DNA from: Sphingomonadales bacterium
GTDB taxonomy: Bacteria; Pseudomonadota; Alphaproteobacteria; Sphingomonadales; Sphingomonadaceae
Direction of reading: 5' to 3'
Assembly: GCA_031418995.1 (NCBI GenBank)
Contig: JANOKA010000215.1
Location: forward strand, 1-61,159
DNA length: 61,159 nt
The translations under genes and the position numbers were made by a program. The notes beneath the pieces were generated by a model. That model saw nothing but the letters and a program-made list of their open reading frames with translations. It did not search any database and had not been told where the DNA came from. Of the stretch, positions 33,334-44,008 are shown piece after piece (the first letter of the stretch is position 1; each line of letters opens with the position of its first letter).

Positions 33334-34929
33334 TTATGCGGCTAACGGCGCAGCATTGCGCACTGCCTCATCCACATGATCGGCAAATTGTGCAAAATTG
33401 TCCACAAACTGCCCCGTCAACTTGCGTACAGTGGCATCATACGCCGCTTTGTCTGACCATGTTGAGCGTGGGTCCAAAATGCTGCTGTCTACGCCTGAAA
33501 CTGCAATCGGAACTTGAAAACCAAAATTGGGATCGGTGCGATATTCGGCATCATTCAGGCTACCGTCCAGAGCAGCATTTAACAATGCGCGCGTGGCTTT
33601 GATAGGCATCCGGCTGCCCTCACCATATTTTCCGCCCGTCCAACCCGTGTTAACAAGCCAACACTGCACGCCGCCCTTGGCAATACGTTCTTTCAGCAAA
33701 TTGCCGTAAACACTGGGGTGGCGCGGCATAAATGGCGCGCCAAAACACGTTGAAAACGTTGCTTCAGGCTCGGTAACGCCAATTTCAGTCCCTGCGACGC
33801 GCGCAGTATAACCGGAAAGGAAGTGATACATTGCCTGTTCCGGTGTCAGCTTTGCTATCGGCGGCAAAACGCCATATGCATCTGCGGTCAACATGATGAC
33901 GTTTTTGGGAACAGGACCCAAATTATCTGCACTGGCATTTGGTATGAATTCAATGGGATAGGAACCACGGCTGTTTTCTGCCAGACTTGCATCGTCAAAA
34001 TCAAGCTCTCTGGAGTCTTCGTCAATAACAACGTTTTCCAGCACCGTTCCAAAACGCTTGGTAGTGGCAAAAATTTCCGGCTCAGCCTCTTGCGATAACC
34101 GGATCATTTTGGCGTAACAACCGCCCTCAAAATTGAAAACAGCGCTGTCAGACCATCCGTGCTCGTCATCCCCAATCAAAGTTCTGCTGGCATCTGCGGA
34201 TAAAGTTGTTTTTCCTGTACCCGACAGTCCAAAAAAGATTGCAGTATCCCCCTCGGCGCCGATATTGGCTGAACAATGCATCGGCATTACGCCCTTCAGC
34301 GGCAACAGATAATTTAATATACCAAATACCGACTTTTTCATTTCGCCAGCATAAGCTGTCCCGCCAATTAATATCAATTTCTCGGTGAAATTGACAGCTA
34401 CAACAGTTTCGCTACGGCACCCGTGACGGGCCGGATCTGCACGAAAACTTGGAAGGTCGATAATTGTATATTCAGCAACAAAATCCGCCAATTCGCTAAT
34501 GTCTGGACGTACCAATAATGTGCGGATGAACAAATTATGCCATGCAAGCTCGTTAATTACTCGAACAGTTACGCGGTGCTCGGCCTGACTTCCGCCAAAC
34601 AGATCTGCTACATAAAGTTCTTTCTTCTGGCTAAGCGCCGCATAGAAATCTTCTTTTAACGCCGCAAAGTGCACAGGATTCATTCCGACATTGGTTTTGC
34701 CCCACCAGATTACATCTTCTGTTTGCGCATCCCGCACAATATACTTATCTTTGGCAGATCGCCCGGTATGCGCGCCGGTCTGGACCACAAGCGGACCGTC
34801 CTTGGCCAAGATACCTTCTTTATTGGCCAAAGCGGTTTCAACCAATAACGGTGTGCCTAAATTCCAATGGATTTTGGCTTGGGTCGAAATGCCCTGCGCA
34901 GACAAACTTGATTTGGGTGTGATGGACAT
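33334..34929 (-). CDS. pckA: Phosphoenolpyruvate carboxykinase (ATP)
   Basis: [27 protein letters not shown]; AGGAGG RBS. Confidence 0.98.
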   Translation of the reverse strand: MSITPKSSLSAQGISTQAKIHWNLGTPLLVETALANKEGILAKDGPLVVQTGAHTGRSAKDKYIVRDAQTEDVIWWGKTNVGMNPVHFAALKEDFYAALSQKKELYVADLFGGSQAEHRVTVRVINELAWHNLFIRTLLVRPDISELADFVAEYTIIDLPSFRADPARHGCRSETVVAVNFTEKLILIGGTAYAGEMKKSVFGILNYLLPLKGVMPMHCSANIGAEGDTAIFFGLSGTGKTTLSADASRTLIGDDEHGWSDSAVFNFEGGCYAKMIRLSQEAEPEIFATTKRFGTVLENVVIDEDSRELDFDDASLAENSRGSYPIEFIPNASADNLGPVPKNVIMLTADAYGVLPPIAKLTPEQAMYHFLSGYTARVAGTEIGVTEPEATFSTCFGAPFMPRHPSVYGNLLKERIAKGGVQCWLVNTGWTGGKYGEGSRMPIKATRALLNAALDGSLNDAEYRTDPNFGFQVPIAVSGVDSSILDPRSTWSDKAAYDATVRKLTGQFVDNFAQFADHVDEAVRNAAPLAA

Positions 34930-34947
34930 AAGTGCCTCCTAAAAATT

Positions 34948-34991
34948 TAGTTTGGCAAACTACGCCGCAACTGGTTTTGGCAAACGATTAC
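34948..34991. promoter_or_regulatory. Putative operator(s) upstream of pckA
   Basis: Palindrome TAGTTTG-G-CAAACTA and a LacI-type GCAAACGATTAC site. Confidence 0.35.
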
Positions 34992-35124
34992 TTTAATCGC
35001 CGTAGGATAGCATTCTTACATCGTCAAATAGGCGAAGTATCATGGCATCAGCGACATCGTTGTCATATTGTTGCAAAATAGTGTGCCGCAGTTGCGTCAA
35101 TTGAAATCATGCAAAAGCATATGA

Positions 35125-35153
35125 TTGAACGATGCAAATTGCCCCTCTATAGC
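35125..35153 (+). promoter_or_regulatory. Putative sigma70 promoter, leaderless chvI
   Basis: TTGAAC-N17-TATAGC-N6-ATG(35160). Confidence 0.55.
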
Positions 35154-35159
35154 TTTGGT

Positions 35160-35873
35160 ATGGAACCTTCGATTGCCCTTGTGGATGATGACCGCAATAT
35201 CCTGACCTCTGTATCTATAGCGATGCGGGCGGAAGGATATACGACGCGTATATATTCCGATGCCGAAACGGCCTTAAAAGCATTACAAGAAAACCCCGCC
35301 GACTTAGGAATTTTTGATATTAAAATGCCGCGTATGGATGGACTTGAACTGTTACGGCGGCTTCGGGAAAAATCAGATATGCCTGTCATTTTTCTAACTT
35401 CTAAAGATGAAGAATTGGATGAGGCACTGGGACTGGCGATGGGCGCTGATGATTACATAACCAAACCATTTTCGCAGCGTCTTTTGGTGGCAAGGGTAAA
35501 GGCCATATTGCGTAGAGCAACTTTCGATAAAGCAAGAAATTCAGAAGGCGATGCTATCGATGCAGAACCTGAACCAATGGTCCGCGGTAGTTTGGAAATG
35601 GACCCAGCACGCCATCATGTGAAATGGAATGGCAAACCGCTAACCCTAACAGTTACCGAGTTTATAATTTTGGAAGCTTTGGCAAATCGGCCCGGTGTGG
35701 TTCGAACACGCGATCAACTGATGGATGCAGCCTATCAAGATGATGTCTATGTTGATGACCGCACCATTGACAGTCATATAAAAAGATTACGGCGTAAATT
35801 CCGCGAAATTGATGCGGAATTTTCGGCCATTGATACATTATATGGAGCTGGGTATCGCTTTGCTGAAAACTGA
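35160..35873 (+). CDS. chvI: OmpR-family response regulator ChvI
   Basis: [35 protein letters not shown]; divergent from pckA (conserved synteny). Confidence 0.95.
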   Translation: MEPSIALVDDDRNILTSVSIAMRAEGYTTRIYSDAETALKALQENPADLGIFDIKMPRMDGLELLRRLREKSDMPVIFLTSKDEELDEALGLAMGADDYITKPFSQRLLVARVKAILRRATFDKARNSEGDAIDAEPEPMVRGSLEMDPARHHVKWNGKPLTLTVTEFIILEALANRPGVVRTRDQLMDAAYQDDVYVDDRTIDSHIKRLRRKFREIDAEFSAIDTLYGAGYRFAEN

Positions 35874-37422
35874 AACTGATGCACTTGCATTATCGTGGAG
35901 CCGCGGATGGTCTTTGACATCTCGCATTCTGGCTGTGAACATTTTTGTATTGGCGCTGTTTGGATTCGGTTTGTTTTTTCTGGATAGCTATCGCGGCCGA
36001 TTGATTGAAGAGCGCCAACAAGATGTCGCGCGCGATGTTGTACTTATCAGCAAAAGTTTCGAGATGGTTTCTTCGCGCGATCGCCCGGCCTTCCTCATAA
36101 ATCTGGGTGAGCTGAACAATTCAAGGATCAGAATATATGATTCAAAAGGGAAGAAACTTATCGACAGTTTTGTGCTGGCGCCCCCAACATATATACTACG
36201 CGATCCAACCGCAGAGCCATGGCAAAAAAAGGCCGCGCGAACTTTGGACAAAATCTTTGATTTTCTGGTTGGCGCTCCTTCGCTAGATTTTATATCCGAA
36301 CCCAGAAATGATAACTCTGCTGCTTGGTCGGAAATTGTAAAAACGAAACCCGGACAAGTGACGTCGATGACACGTCTGGCTCCAGACTTTACCCATTTTG
36401 TAAGCGCGGCCACCTTTACTCAGAAAGGACAGCTTGCCGTACTATCAACGTCAAGCGCGCGTGATATCCGCGCAAATGTAAGAGACGAGCGGTTTCGCGT
36501 TGCTATGTTTTTCGCACTTGTTTTAGGTATTGGAATAACGATGTCTTTGTTTCTGGCACGAACAATCGTGCGTCCATTGCAACATTTGGCCAATGCGGCG
36601 ATCAAGGTTCGCCTTGGCCGAGCGCAAGAGGTAACGGTCCCTCGCCTGCCTTCGCGCAGGGACGAAATTGGTATGCTGGCGAGGGCATTGTCCGATATGA
36701 GCACTGCATTGCGGCAGCGTATTGATGCGACCGAAGCATTCGCTGCCGACGTCGCTCACGAAATAAAAAATCCTCTAGCTTCCTTGCGGTCTGCATTGGA
36801 TGGCATGGATAATATTAAAGACGCCGCGCTACGCAGTGAATTGATGGATGTTGCAAAAGCCGACGTATTGCGAATGGACCGCCTGATAAGCGATATATCC
36901 GAAGCAAGCCGCGTAGATTCGCAATTGGCGAAAGCCAAATTCGAATTAATTGATGTCGGCGATATGGTGGAACAATTGCTGCAAGCACGCGAACATCGCG
37001 GACAAGACGGTGATGTAAAGATCGCATTTGCGCGCCCTCGCAAAGGCATAGCTGTTATCTTGGGTGAGGATATGCGCCTAGAAAGGGTGTTCAATAATCT
37101 GATCGACAACGCAGTTTCATTCTCTCCCGATAACGGCATAGTTGAAATATCTGTCACCCGCACAGATAGTGAAATCATCATCCGCGTTACCGATCAAGGG
37201 CCAGGTGTTCCCGTTTCGGAAAGGCAGGATATATTCCGCCGATTTCATACTGAACGGCCGCCAAGCGAGAGTTTTGGCAAGCATAGCGGCCTTGGCCTTG
37301 CCATTGCGCGGACTATAATCGAGGGACACGAAGGCAGTATTGAAGTGCGCGACCGTGAAGATGGCGGCCAAGGCGCCTGTTTCGAAATCGCAATCCCGTC
37401 CCCTGAATCAAAGCTGGAATAA
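35842..37422 (+). CDS. chvG: Sensor histidine kinase ChvG (start uncertain; TTG 35860 possible)
   Basis: Two TMs, [28 protein letters not shown]. Confidence 0.93.
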   Translation: MELGIALLKTETDALALSWSRGWSLTSRILAVNIFVLALFGFGLFFLDSYRGRLIEERQQDVARDVVLISKSFEMVSSRDRPAFLINLGELNNSRIRIYDSKGKKLIDSFVLAPPTYILRDPTAEPWQKKAARTLDKIFDFLVGAPSLDFISEPRNDNSAAWSEIVKTKPGQVTSMTRLAPDFTHFVSAATFTQKGQLAVLSTSSARDIRANVRDERFRVAMFFALVLGIGITMSLFLARTIVRPLQHLANAAIKVRLGRAQEVTVPRLPSRRDEIGMLARALSDMSTALRQRIDATEAFAADVAHEIKNPLASLRSALDGMDNIKDAALRSELMDVAKADVLRMDRLISDISEASRVDSQLAKAKFELIDVGDMVEQLLQAREHRGQDGDVKIAFARPRKGIAVILGEDMRLERVFNNLIDNAVSFSPDNGIVEISVTRTDSEIIIRVTDQGPGVPVSERQDIFRRFHTERPPSESFGKHSGLGLAIARTIIEGHEGSIEVRDREDGGQGACFEIAIPSPESKLE

Positions 37423-37859
37423 TGGCTTTATCGTCATCAAATTTTCACGGTACCGCTGTCAGTATCGGCGCGCATGGGGTGCTGATTATCGGAAAGCCTG
37501 GAAGCGGCAAATCGGACCTAGCGTTAAGATTAATTGATAGAGGCGCAATGCTGATTAGCGATGACTGTGTCCTCTTTGATAGTGACGACGCCCAAATCAT
37601 TTTGCGAACGGCTCAAAATATTGCCGGAATGATTGAGATGCGGGGTATTGGCATTGTTGAAATTCCCCATATATCTTCGGCCCCTTTGAAATTGGTCGTT
37701 GATCTAAATGCGGATGTCCCGCGATATTTGGATAAGCTGAGATCACAGTGTATTGCTGGCGTTGAAATTCCCCACATCGCGTTGGCGGCATTTGAATGCA
37801 GCGCAGTAATCAAAGTTGAATATGCATTAAAGTCGGTAGTTGACCAAGCCGGAACGTAA
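37422..37859 (+). CDS. hprK: Short HPr kinase/phosphorylase
   Basis: GKPGSGKS, LISDD, IEMRGIG. Confidence 0.9.
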   Translation: MALSSSNFHGTAVSIGAHGVLIIGKPGSGKSDLALRLIDRGAMLISDDCVLFDSDDAQIILRTAQNIAGMIEMRGIGIVEIPHISSAPLKLVVDLNADVPRYLDKLRSQCIAGVEIPHIALAAFECSAVIKVEYALKSVVDQAGT

Positions 37860-37894
37860 GTGGCATTGCTATTCCCTAACGACAGAAAATATCG

Positions 37895-38830
37895 ATGACG
37901 CAGATTGACAGCAGCACAAAAGACAAAACAATTTTGCTGGTTACCGGACTATCGGGCGCTGGCAAAACGACTGTGCTCCAAACACTGGAAGATTTGGGCT
38001 GGGAAGCAGTGGATAATTTTCCAATTCGTTTAGCAGGACCATTGCTGGCACTGCCCAATCCCGAAGGACGCAGCGGCGATGAAATCCCACTTGCCCTTGG
38101 TTTTGACAGCCGAACACGAGGGTTCAAGCCCGAAGAATTAATCCAGCAGATTAAGCAGTTGGATGAACGCGGCGACGTAAAAATTATGACTTTGTTTCTG
38201 GATTGTGCAGGAAACGAAATTGAACGCCGATACGCCGAAACACGGCGGCGGCATCCGCTGGCCCAGGATCGCCCGGCGATTGACGGAATCGCGCAAGAGC
38301 GGATGTTGATGGAGCCGCTGCGCCGATGGTCCGATACAGTTATTGACACTACAAAACTGTCGGCAAGTGATTTGCAAGCTGAAATCCGTGCGCAATTTCG
38401 GTCTGATCGTGCGTCCGGAATGAACGTAGCGATTAGCAGTTTTGGATATTCGCGAGGCATCCCGCATAATGCGGATCTGGTTTTCGATATGCGCTTTTTA
38501 CGCAATCCACACTGGGACCCGCTGCTTCGGCCGTTGACTGGTTTGAACGAGGAAGTTGCGCAATTTGTTTCACTGGATCCCGCCTATGACGTTGCAGTGG
38601 CGAAAATAAGGGATTTGCTACTTTATCTTTTGCCCCTCTATGATGGTCACGGTAAAGCATATGTGAATATTGCCTTTGGATGTACCGGCGGAAAGCATCG
38701 TTCGGTGCATGTCTCGGAACAATTCGGCAAATGGTTGCGCGAAGCAGGATTTTCGCCCACTGTCATGCACCGTAATTTGACATCTCGCTCTATCGACGCC
38801 TTGGAAGGTCCGTCAGGCGAGCAAATATGA
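37895..38830 (+). CDS. rapZ: RNase adapter RapZ family P-loop protein
   Basis: TGLSGAGKT, ETRRRHPL, DMRFLRNP, GCTGGKHRSV. Confidence 0.94.
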   Translation: MTQIDSSTKDKTILLVTGLSGAGKTTVLQTLEDLGWEAVDNFPIRLAGPLLALPNPEGRSGDEIPLALGFDSRTRGFKPEELIQQIKQLDERGDVKIMTLFLDCAGNEIERRYAETRRRHPLAQDRPAIDGIAQERMLMEPLRRWSDTVIDTTKLSASDLQAEIRAQFRSDRASGMNVAISSFGYSRGIPHNADLVFDMRFLRNPHWDPLLRPLTGLNEEVAQFVSLDPAYDVAVAKIRDLLLYLLPLYDGHGKAYVNIAFGCTGGKHRSVHVSEQFGKWLREAGFSPTVMHRNLTSRSIDALEGPSGEQI

Positions 38831-38863
38831 ACAATCAGAATTAGAAACAGGGCGCGTTTTGTA

Positions 38864-39268
38864 ATGATCGGACTAATATTGGTCACCCACGGCGATTTGG
38901 CCAAAGAATTTGTAGTGGCGATGGAGCATGTTGTAGGCCCTCAAAAAAATATCGAAAAAGTCTGCATCGGTCCGCATGACGATATGGAAGTGCGGCGGCG
39001 CGAGATTGCGACTGCCATAAATTCCGTTGATAGCGGACGCGGCGCGATAATCTTGACTGATTTATTTGGTGGGACGCCATCAAACTTAGCGATTTCCTTA
39101 CTTGAGCCGGGGCGTGTAGAAGTGATCGCAGGCATAAATCTGCCCATGTTAATCCGGCTTGATAGTGCGCGTAAAGTCATGGGAGTGCGCGATGCCGTTA
39201 CCGCCGCCAAAGATGCAGGGCGCAAATATATCAGTGTCGCATCAGAAGTATTGGAGGCATCGAAATGA
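38864..39268 (+). CDS. PTS EIIA (mannose-type)
   Basis: LVTHG, TDLFGGTPSN, GINLPML. Confidence 0.93.
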   Translation: MIGLILVTHGDLAKEFVVAMEHVVGPQKNIEKVCIGPHDDMEVRRREIATAINSVDSGRGAIILTDLFGGTPSNLAISLLEPGRVEVIAGINLPMLIRLDSARKVMGVRDAVTAAKDAGRKYISVASEVLEASK

Positions 39269-39543
39269 GCCGATTTAGCCGCAATGTCACCATCGTCAAT
39301 GATCGCGGTCTGCACGCAAGGGCAAGCGCAAAGTTCGTAACACTCGTTTGCCGGCTTGATGACGGGCTACTCGTCGAAGTGGAAAAGGATGGGCAAAGCG
39401 TAACGGGTTCATCTATCATGGGTTTGATGATGCTGGGTGCGGCAAAAGGCAGCGAAATCACAGTTCACGTAGAAGGCGATGGCGCGGAAAAGGCACTCGA
39501 AAAACTGATTGGTCTGGTTGTCGATGGTTTTGGCGAAGATTGA
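39265..39543 (+). CDS. Phosphocarrier protein HPr/NPr
   Basis: GLHARAS, SIMGLMML. Confidence 0.94.
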   Translation: MSRFSRNVTIVNDRGLHARASAKFVTLVCRLDDGLLVEVEKDGQSVTGSSIMGLMMLGAAKGSEITVHVEGDGAEKALEKLIGLVVDGFGED

Positions 39544-39558
39544 CAGGGCACCTGTATC

Positions 39559-40359
39559 ATGCGCCGTGAAATCACCGGTTTCTCAAACCCCCTTTTGAAA
39601 GAAGTTCGATCATTACGGGAAAAAAAGCATCGCAAACGTGCCGGTATGTTCCTAGCTGAGGGGCTACGAATTATGACCGAAGCACGTGAATCCGGGTTTT
39701 TGCCCGAAATGTTGTTCCGTATATCGGGGCGCGATGTTCACCCACTTGAAGAAATATTGGAAACTGATGTGCTGGCCGCTGGCGGTGACGTTATCGAAAC
39801 CAGTGCCGACATTATGGCGAAACTGTCTGGCAAGGATAATGCCCAAGCCATCGTCGGGGTTTACCGCGATCACGCCACGCCTCTATCCGATATCGACCGC
39901 AGCAGCGCACCAATATGGCTGGTCGCTCAAGCAATGCGCGACCCGGGTAATTTGGGCACAATGTTGCGCACAGGCGATGCGGTGGGCGCAGGCGGATTGA
40001 TCCTGATTGACGATTGCACCGACCCCTTCAGCGTTGAGGCCGTCCGCGCCAGCATGGGTGCCATATTCACGCAAAAAATCGTACAATGCCGCTGGGAAGA
40101 ATTTACCGCTTGGCTTCGCAGTGAAGACGGCCAACTGGTCGGAACCAGCCTTCAAACCGATACCGATTTCCGCGCCTGCAAATACACTGCCCCCTGTTTC
40201 ATTTTAACGGGCAACGAGGCGCAAGGGTTGCCTGAAGAATATGAAACCACATGCGACGCGCTTGTCAAAATGCCAATGTACGGCAAAGCTGATAGCTTAA
40301 ATGCAGCGATTGCAACCGCAGTTATGGCCTATGAAGTGCGGGGACGGATGGAACGTTAA
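39559..40359 (+). CDS. TrmH/SpoU family RNA methyltransferase
   Basis: DPGNLGTMLRT, GNEAQG, DSLNAA. Confidence 0.93.
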   Translation: MRREITGFSNPLLKEVRSLREKKHRKRAGMFLAEGLRIMTEARESGFLPEMLFRISGRDVHPLEEILETDVLAAGGDVIETSADIMAKLSGKDNAQAIVGVYRDHATPLSDIDRSSAPIWLVAQAMRDPGNLGTMLRTGDAVGAGGLILIDDCTDPFSVEAVRASMGAIFTQKIVQCRWEEFTAWLRSEDGQLVGTSLQTDTDFRACKYTAPCFILTGNEAQGLPEEYETTCDALVKMPMYGKADSLNAAIATAVMAYEVRGRMER

Positions 40360-40889
40360 CCACCGAAGTGCGCGTCACTCGCCAAAACAACTTCAGCAAA
40401 ACTGCCATTAAGCGTATGGTTGTGGTGAGCGATGATCTGACTTGCTGTCATGACCGGAGTGTCGAATGTCGTATGCCCGTCTGCGACCAGACGGATGTCA
40501 AAATTGCGCTCTTTGGCCGCACGAATGAACGTATCGACACAATAATCCGACTGCATGCCGGTGACCGTCACACGCTGTATTCCAGCGGCGCGTAGCTTAT
40601 TTTCCAGACCAGTTTCCTGAAATGAATTGCAATGCCGTTTGATAGTGACGAATTCCGATGTCAGCGGGGTCAATGCTTCGTGGATTGCAAATCCAGGCGT
40701 TCCAGATTCGAGAGGGTGGCCAGTTTCGCCTTCATGCTGCACAAAAAATACTGGGGTTAGCTTTGACCGCGCTTGAAAAAGTAAAGCATGTATCCTGGCC
40801 ACTGTTGCTGTGCCATCGTCCGGCTGCATTTCGGGAAATCCAAACATGCCGCGTTGAACATCAATTATCACCAGTGCCTCAGTCATCAT
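40356..40889 (-). CDS. Isochorismatase-family cysteine hydrolase
   Basis: LVIIDVQ, conserved K, GMQSDYCVD triad. Confidence 0.9.
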   Translation of the reverse strand: MMTEALVIIDVQRGMFGFPEMQPDDGTATVARIHALLFQARSKLTPVFFVQHEGETGHPLESGTPGFAIHEALTPLTSEFVTIKRHCNSFQETGLENKLRAAGIQRVTVTGMQSDYCVDTFIRAAKERNFDIRLVADGHTTFDTPVMTASQIIAHHNHTLNGSFAEVVLASDAHFGG

Positions 40890-40902
40890 AATATCTCCTG
40901 GG

Positions 40903-42252
40903 TTAACCCTGCCGCTGAATCAACGCTTGCTCCGCTTCATTTCCACTTTCACTATAGTCCTCATCCCCATATCGAGGCAAAGCCTCAACGGGCTGCAAAT
41001 CTTCCAGTTCGCGTTTGCCGGTTTCAATGTTTAATTCGGCAAACTTGCGCCCCGTGGACATGACGTTGCGTTCAAAACTGCCGACGAATTTATTGTAATT
41101 ATTAACCGCACTGTTCAGTCCTGATCCCACCGATTTCAAATGCTGCGCCGCGACCGCGATCCGGTCATACATTTCCTTGCCCAAAGCGCCGATTTGCTTT
41201 GCCTCGCGTGCCAATCCTTCTTGTCGCCATACCCCCGCCACTGTGCGCGCGATGGCAACCAGATTTGTCGGAGTAGCAAGCAATACTTTCTTTTCAAACG
41301 CAAAATCCCATAATAATGGATCATGCTCCAGCGCAGCGGAAAGAAAATGCTCGCCCGGTACAAACATGATGACGTAATCGGGTGCATCATCAAACTGGTC
41401 CCAATATGCCTTGCGCGAAAGACCATCAATGTGGTTTTTCATGGAAGCACAATGCCGCGTCATAAAAGCCAACCGCAATTCATCATCATTGGCGGCAAAC
41501 GCATCCTGATAGTCATTTAGCGATACTTTGGCGTCGATGACCAGGCTGCTGCCGCCGGGAACTTTCAGTATGGCATCGGGGCGCATCCGTCCGTCGGGGG
41601 TGTCAATGCTAACCTCGGTCACAAAATCGACATGCATCGACAGGCCGCAGCTTTCGAGCACATTTTTCAATTGCTGTTCGCCCCAACGTCCCCGCGCTTT
41701 AGGCGCATTCCGTAACGAATTTACGAGTTTAGCGGCTTCGCTCGAAACACGCTCCTGCCCTGCGCGCATCTGGTCGATCAATCCGGTTAATTGGCCATAT
41801 GCCTCATTCCGGTCTTTTTCGACCCTACCCACTTGCTCCTCATACGCCTTTAACTTCTCACTGACAGGGGACAGCAACTGTTTCAGCCGCTCCTCATTTT
41901 TCATCTCGGATTTGCCAAACTGATCGCTGGCCTCACGCAAAAATTCGGAACGCGCCTCACCCAGCAATTTCTTGCCAACCTCGCCAAATTGCACCGTCAG
42001 CGCATCTTTGGCCTTTGCCAAAACAGCAATCTGCTCATCAAATGACCGATCACGTTCTTCTAGCGATGTTTCCAGCCGCGCAAGTCGGTCTTTGGCGCTA
42101 TCCCGCTCCCCCACAACAGCATCGAGCATTGACCGCAAATGTAGCGCAGTTTCTGCGGCAGCATGCGCCATACGACCGCCCAAAAACCAGCCGATTACTC
42201 CACCCAGTAACAAGGTCAAAATTGCAACGATAACAATTAACAACGGCTCCAC
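40903..42252 (-). CDS. rmuC: DNA recombination protein RmuC
   Basis: N-terminal TM, coiled coil, RGRWGE, RPDA, IDAK, FVPGE, ATPTNL. Confidence 0.93.
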   Translation of the reverse strand: MEPLLIVIVAILTLLLGGVIGWFLGGRMAHAAAETALHLRSMLDAVVGERDSAKDRLARLETSLEERDRSFDEQIAVLAKAKDALTVQFGEVGKKLLGEARSEFLREASDQFGKSEMKNEERLKQLLSPVSEKLKAYEEQVGRVEKDRNEAYGQLTGLIDQMRAGQERVSSEAAKLVNSLRNAPKARGRWGEQQLKNVLESCGLSMHVDFVTEVSIDTPDGRMRPDAILKVPGGSSLVIDAKVSLNDYQDAFAANDDELRLAFMTRHCASMKNHIDGLSRKAYWDQFDDAPDYVIMFVPGEHFLSAALEHDPLLWDFAFEKKVLLATPTNLVAIARTVAGVWRQEGLAREAKQIGALGKEMYDRIAVAAQHLKSVGSGLNSAVNNYNKFVGSFERNVMSTGRKFAELNIETGKRELEDLQPVEALPRYGDEDYSESGNEAEQALIQRQG

Positions 42253-42271
42253 TGGCCCACTACCTCGCTAA

Positions 42272-42286
42272 GAACGAAATATGAAC
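42272..42286. promoter_or_regulatory. LexA (SOS) box upstream of rmuC
   Basis: GAAC-GAAATAT-GAAC, exact alphaproteobacterial GAAC-N7-GAAC. Confidence 0.75.
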
Positions 42287-42307
42287 ATAGCCGCTAAACT
42301 TTAATGG

Positions 42308-43099
42308 TCAAGCGGCTTCGCTGATCTTTCGCGAACGCTTCACCTTTGCATATCCAATAACGCTAAAGGGCAGCACACCGAGATAGACTATCGTAATCAG
42401 GATCAGACCTACCCAGGGGGCAGCAATCATTATTGCAACGATCAAACCCAATGCAGCAAGCGCAAAAAAACGAAGACTGGAGCGGATACGGATTGAAGAC
42501 CAACTATATGTTGCAACATTGGAAATCATTAGCAGCGCCGATAGCAATAGCCATGGCCCGACAATGCGGTAGTCGCGCGCTAAATCACCCACAGCCTGCC
42601 ATTCACCATTCCTCTGTCCCTGCGTTTCTAACCAAACAACAAGTGGCAGCAACGCCATGCCAGCACCAGCAGGTGATGGAACGCCCGTATTAAAGCCTGC
42701 GGATTTGTGGGGTTGATCGTCATTGTCGATCCGCGCATTGAATCGCGCAAGGCGCAAGGCGGCACACAACACAAAGAATATGCAAATCGTCCAGCCAAAA
42801 CGCGGCATATGCTGCAAGGCCCAACTATACAGTATCAAAGTGGGCGTGACACCAAATGCGATCACATCGGACAGCGAATCCAGCTCTGCACCAAACCGGC
42901 TTTCACCTTTCAAAAGCCTTGCGATCCTGCCGTCCAATGCGTCCAGTATTCCGGCAATTACAACTGCTGCAACTGCCGCGTCCCAGCGTTCCTGCATGGC
43001 AAACCACACACCGGACAAGCCAGTACACAGTGCCATTGCTGTTACGGCGTTGGGCGCTAACGCCCTTAAAGATATACCTGGAACTGGTCTTACATTCAT
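42308..43099 (-). CDS. pssA: Phosphatidylserine synthase (CDP-alcohol phosphatidyltransferase)
   Basis: DALDGRIAR...GAELDSLSD, RLARFN; follows psd. Confidence 0.92.
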   Translation of the reverse strand: MNVRPVPGISLRALAPNAVTAMALCTGLSGVWFAMQERWDAAVAAVVIAGILDALDGRIARLLKGESRFGAELDSLSDVIAFGVTPTLILYSWALQHMPRFGWTICIFFVLCAALRLARFNARIDNDDQPHKSAGFNTGVPSPAGAGMALLPLVVWLETQGQRNGEWQAVGDLARDYRIVGPWLLLSALLMISNVATYSWSSIRIRSSLRFFALAALGLIVAIMIAAPWVGLILITIVYLGVLPFSVIGYAKVKRSRKISEAA

Positions 43100-43108
43100 A
43101 GCAAAACC

Positions 43109-43843
43109 TTATTGATTGTGGCCTAGCAGCTCTTGATCCACGCCGATTTCAGCTATAATTGTTTCACCAGCAACACAGCGCTGTCCTTTAATTACAAGTG
43201 ATGCTGTCCCCGCTGGCAAGAACACGTCAACGCGGCTGCCAAAGCGGATCAAACCGACGCGCTGTCCATTGGCCACTTCGTCACCCACTTTAACAAAAGA
43301 TACGATACGCCGCGCAACAAGACCGGCTATTTGTGTAAATCCAATGCGGACGCCGTCAGATCGTTCCACCAGAAAGTGCTGTCGTTCATTTTCTTCGCTG
43401 GCCTTATCTAGGTCGGCGTTAAGGAATTTCCCTGCAATATAGGCCACCCGTTTAATTGTTCCGCGAATGGGAGTACGGTTTATATGAACGTCAAATACGC
43501 TCATAAAAATGGACACGCGCACCATCGGTGCATCCCCCAAAGCGTCCGGCCCAGATAATTCCGTTGGCGGGGTTACTTTTTCAATCAAAGTGACCAATCC
43601 GTCTGCAGGAGAAACAATGAAGCGATCATCGATTGCAGTTGTTCGCGAAGGATCGCGGAAAAAAGCGAGCGTCCATGCGGTAATAGCAGCCATCGGCCAA
43701 GCCAAGGTTTCCCATGCCATGAACGCGAAAACCAATGTTACCGCCCCGGCAATCAGCCCGAATTTTCGGCCTTCTGGATGAATGGGGGGGAATGACCATT
43801 TGGCAACGCCGTCGCCGCGATTGGATAATACGATTTTTGACAT
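43109..43843 (-). CDS. psd: Phosphatidylserine decarboxylase
   Basis: [24 protein letters not shown] cleavage site. Confidence 0.95.
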   Translation of the reverse strand: MSKIVLSNRGDGVAKWSFPPIHPEGRKFGLIAGAVTLVFAFMAWETLAWPMAAITAWTLAFFRDPSRTTAIDDRFIVSPADGLVTLIEKVTPPTELSGPDALGDAPMVRVSIFMSVFDVHINRTPIRGTIKRVAYIAGKFLNADLDKASEENERQHFLVERSDGVRIGFTQIAGLVARRIVSFVKVGDEVANGQRVGLIRFGSRVDVFLPAGTASLVIKGQRCVAGETIIAEIGVDQELLGHNQ

Positions 43844-43849
43844 TGACAG

Positions 43850-43878
43850 TAACTAGGCGTGCTGAGACAATTTTACAA
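43850..43878 (-). promoter_or_regulatory. Putative sigma70 promoter, leaderless psd
   Basis: TTGTAA-N17-TAGTTA-N6-ATG. Confidence 0.5.
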
Positions 43879-44008
43879 CCGCTGTATCCGGCATTTCTGT
43901 GGGTAACGGTATCCATTAGCTGATGCCGCTAAGTATAGTTGAACAAATCAGCAGTTTTGCTATGGCCACGGCAATTCAATTTCGATCCCCAAGGAAAGCA
44001 GCTTAAAA

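Noticed and set aside
33334-39543. pckA-chvIG-hprK-rapZ-EIIA-HPr cluster with truncated HprK as a novel system
   Set aside because: Well-known conserved alphaproteobacterial locus; short HprK is normal in this group.
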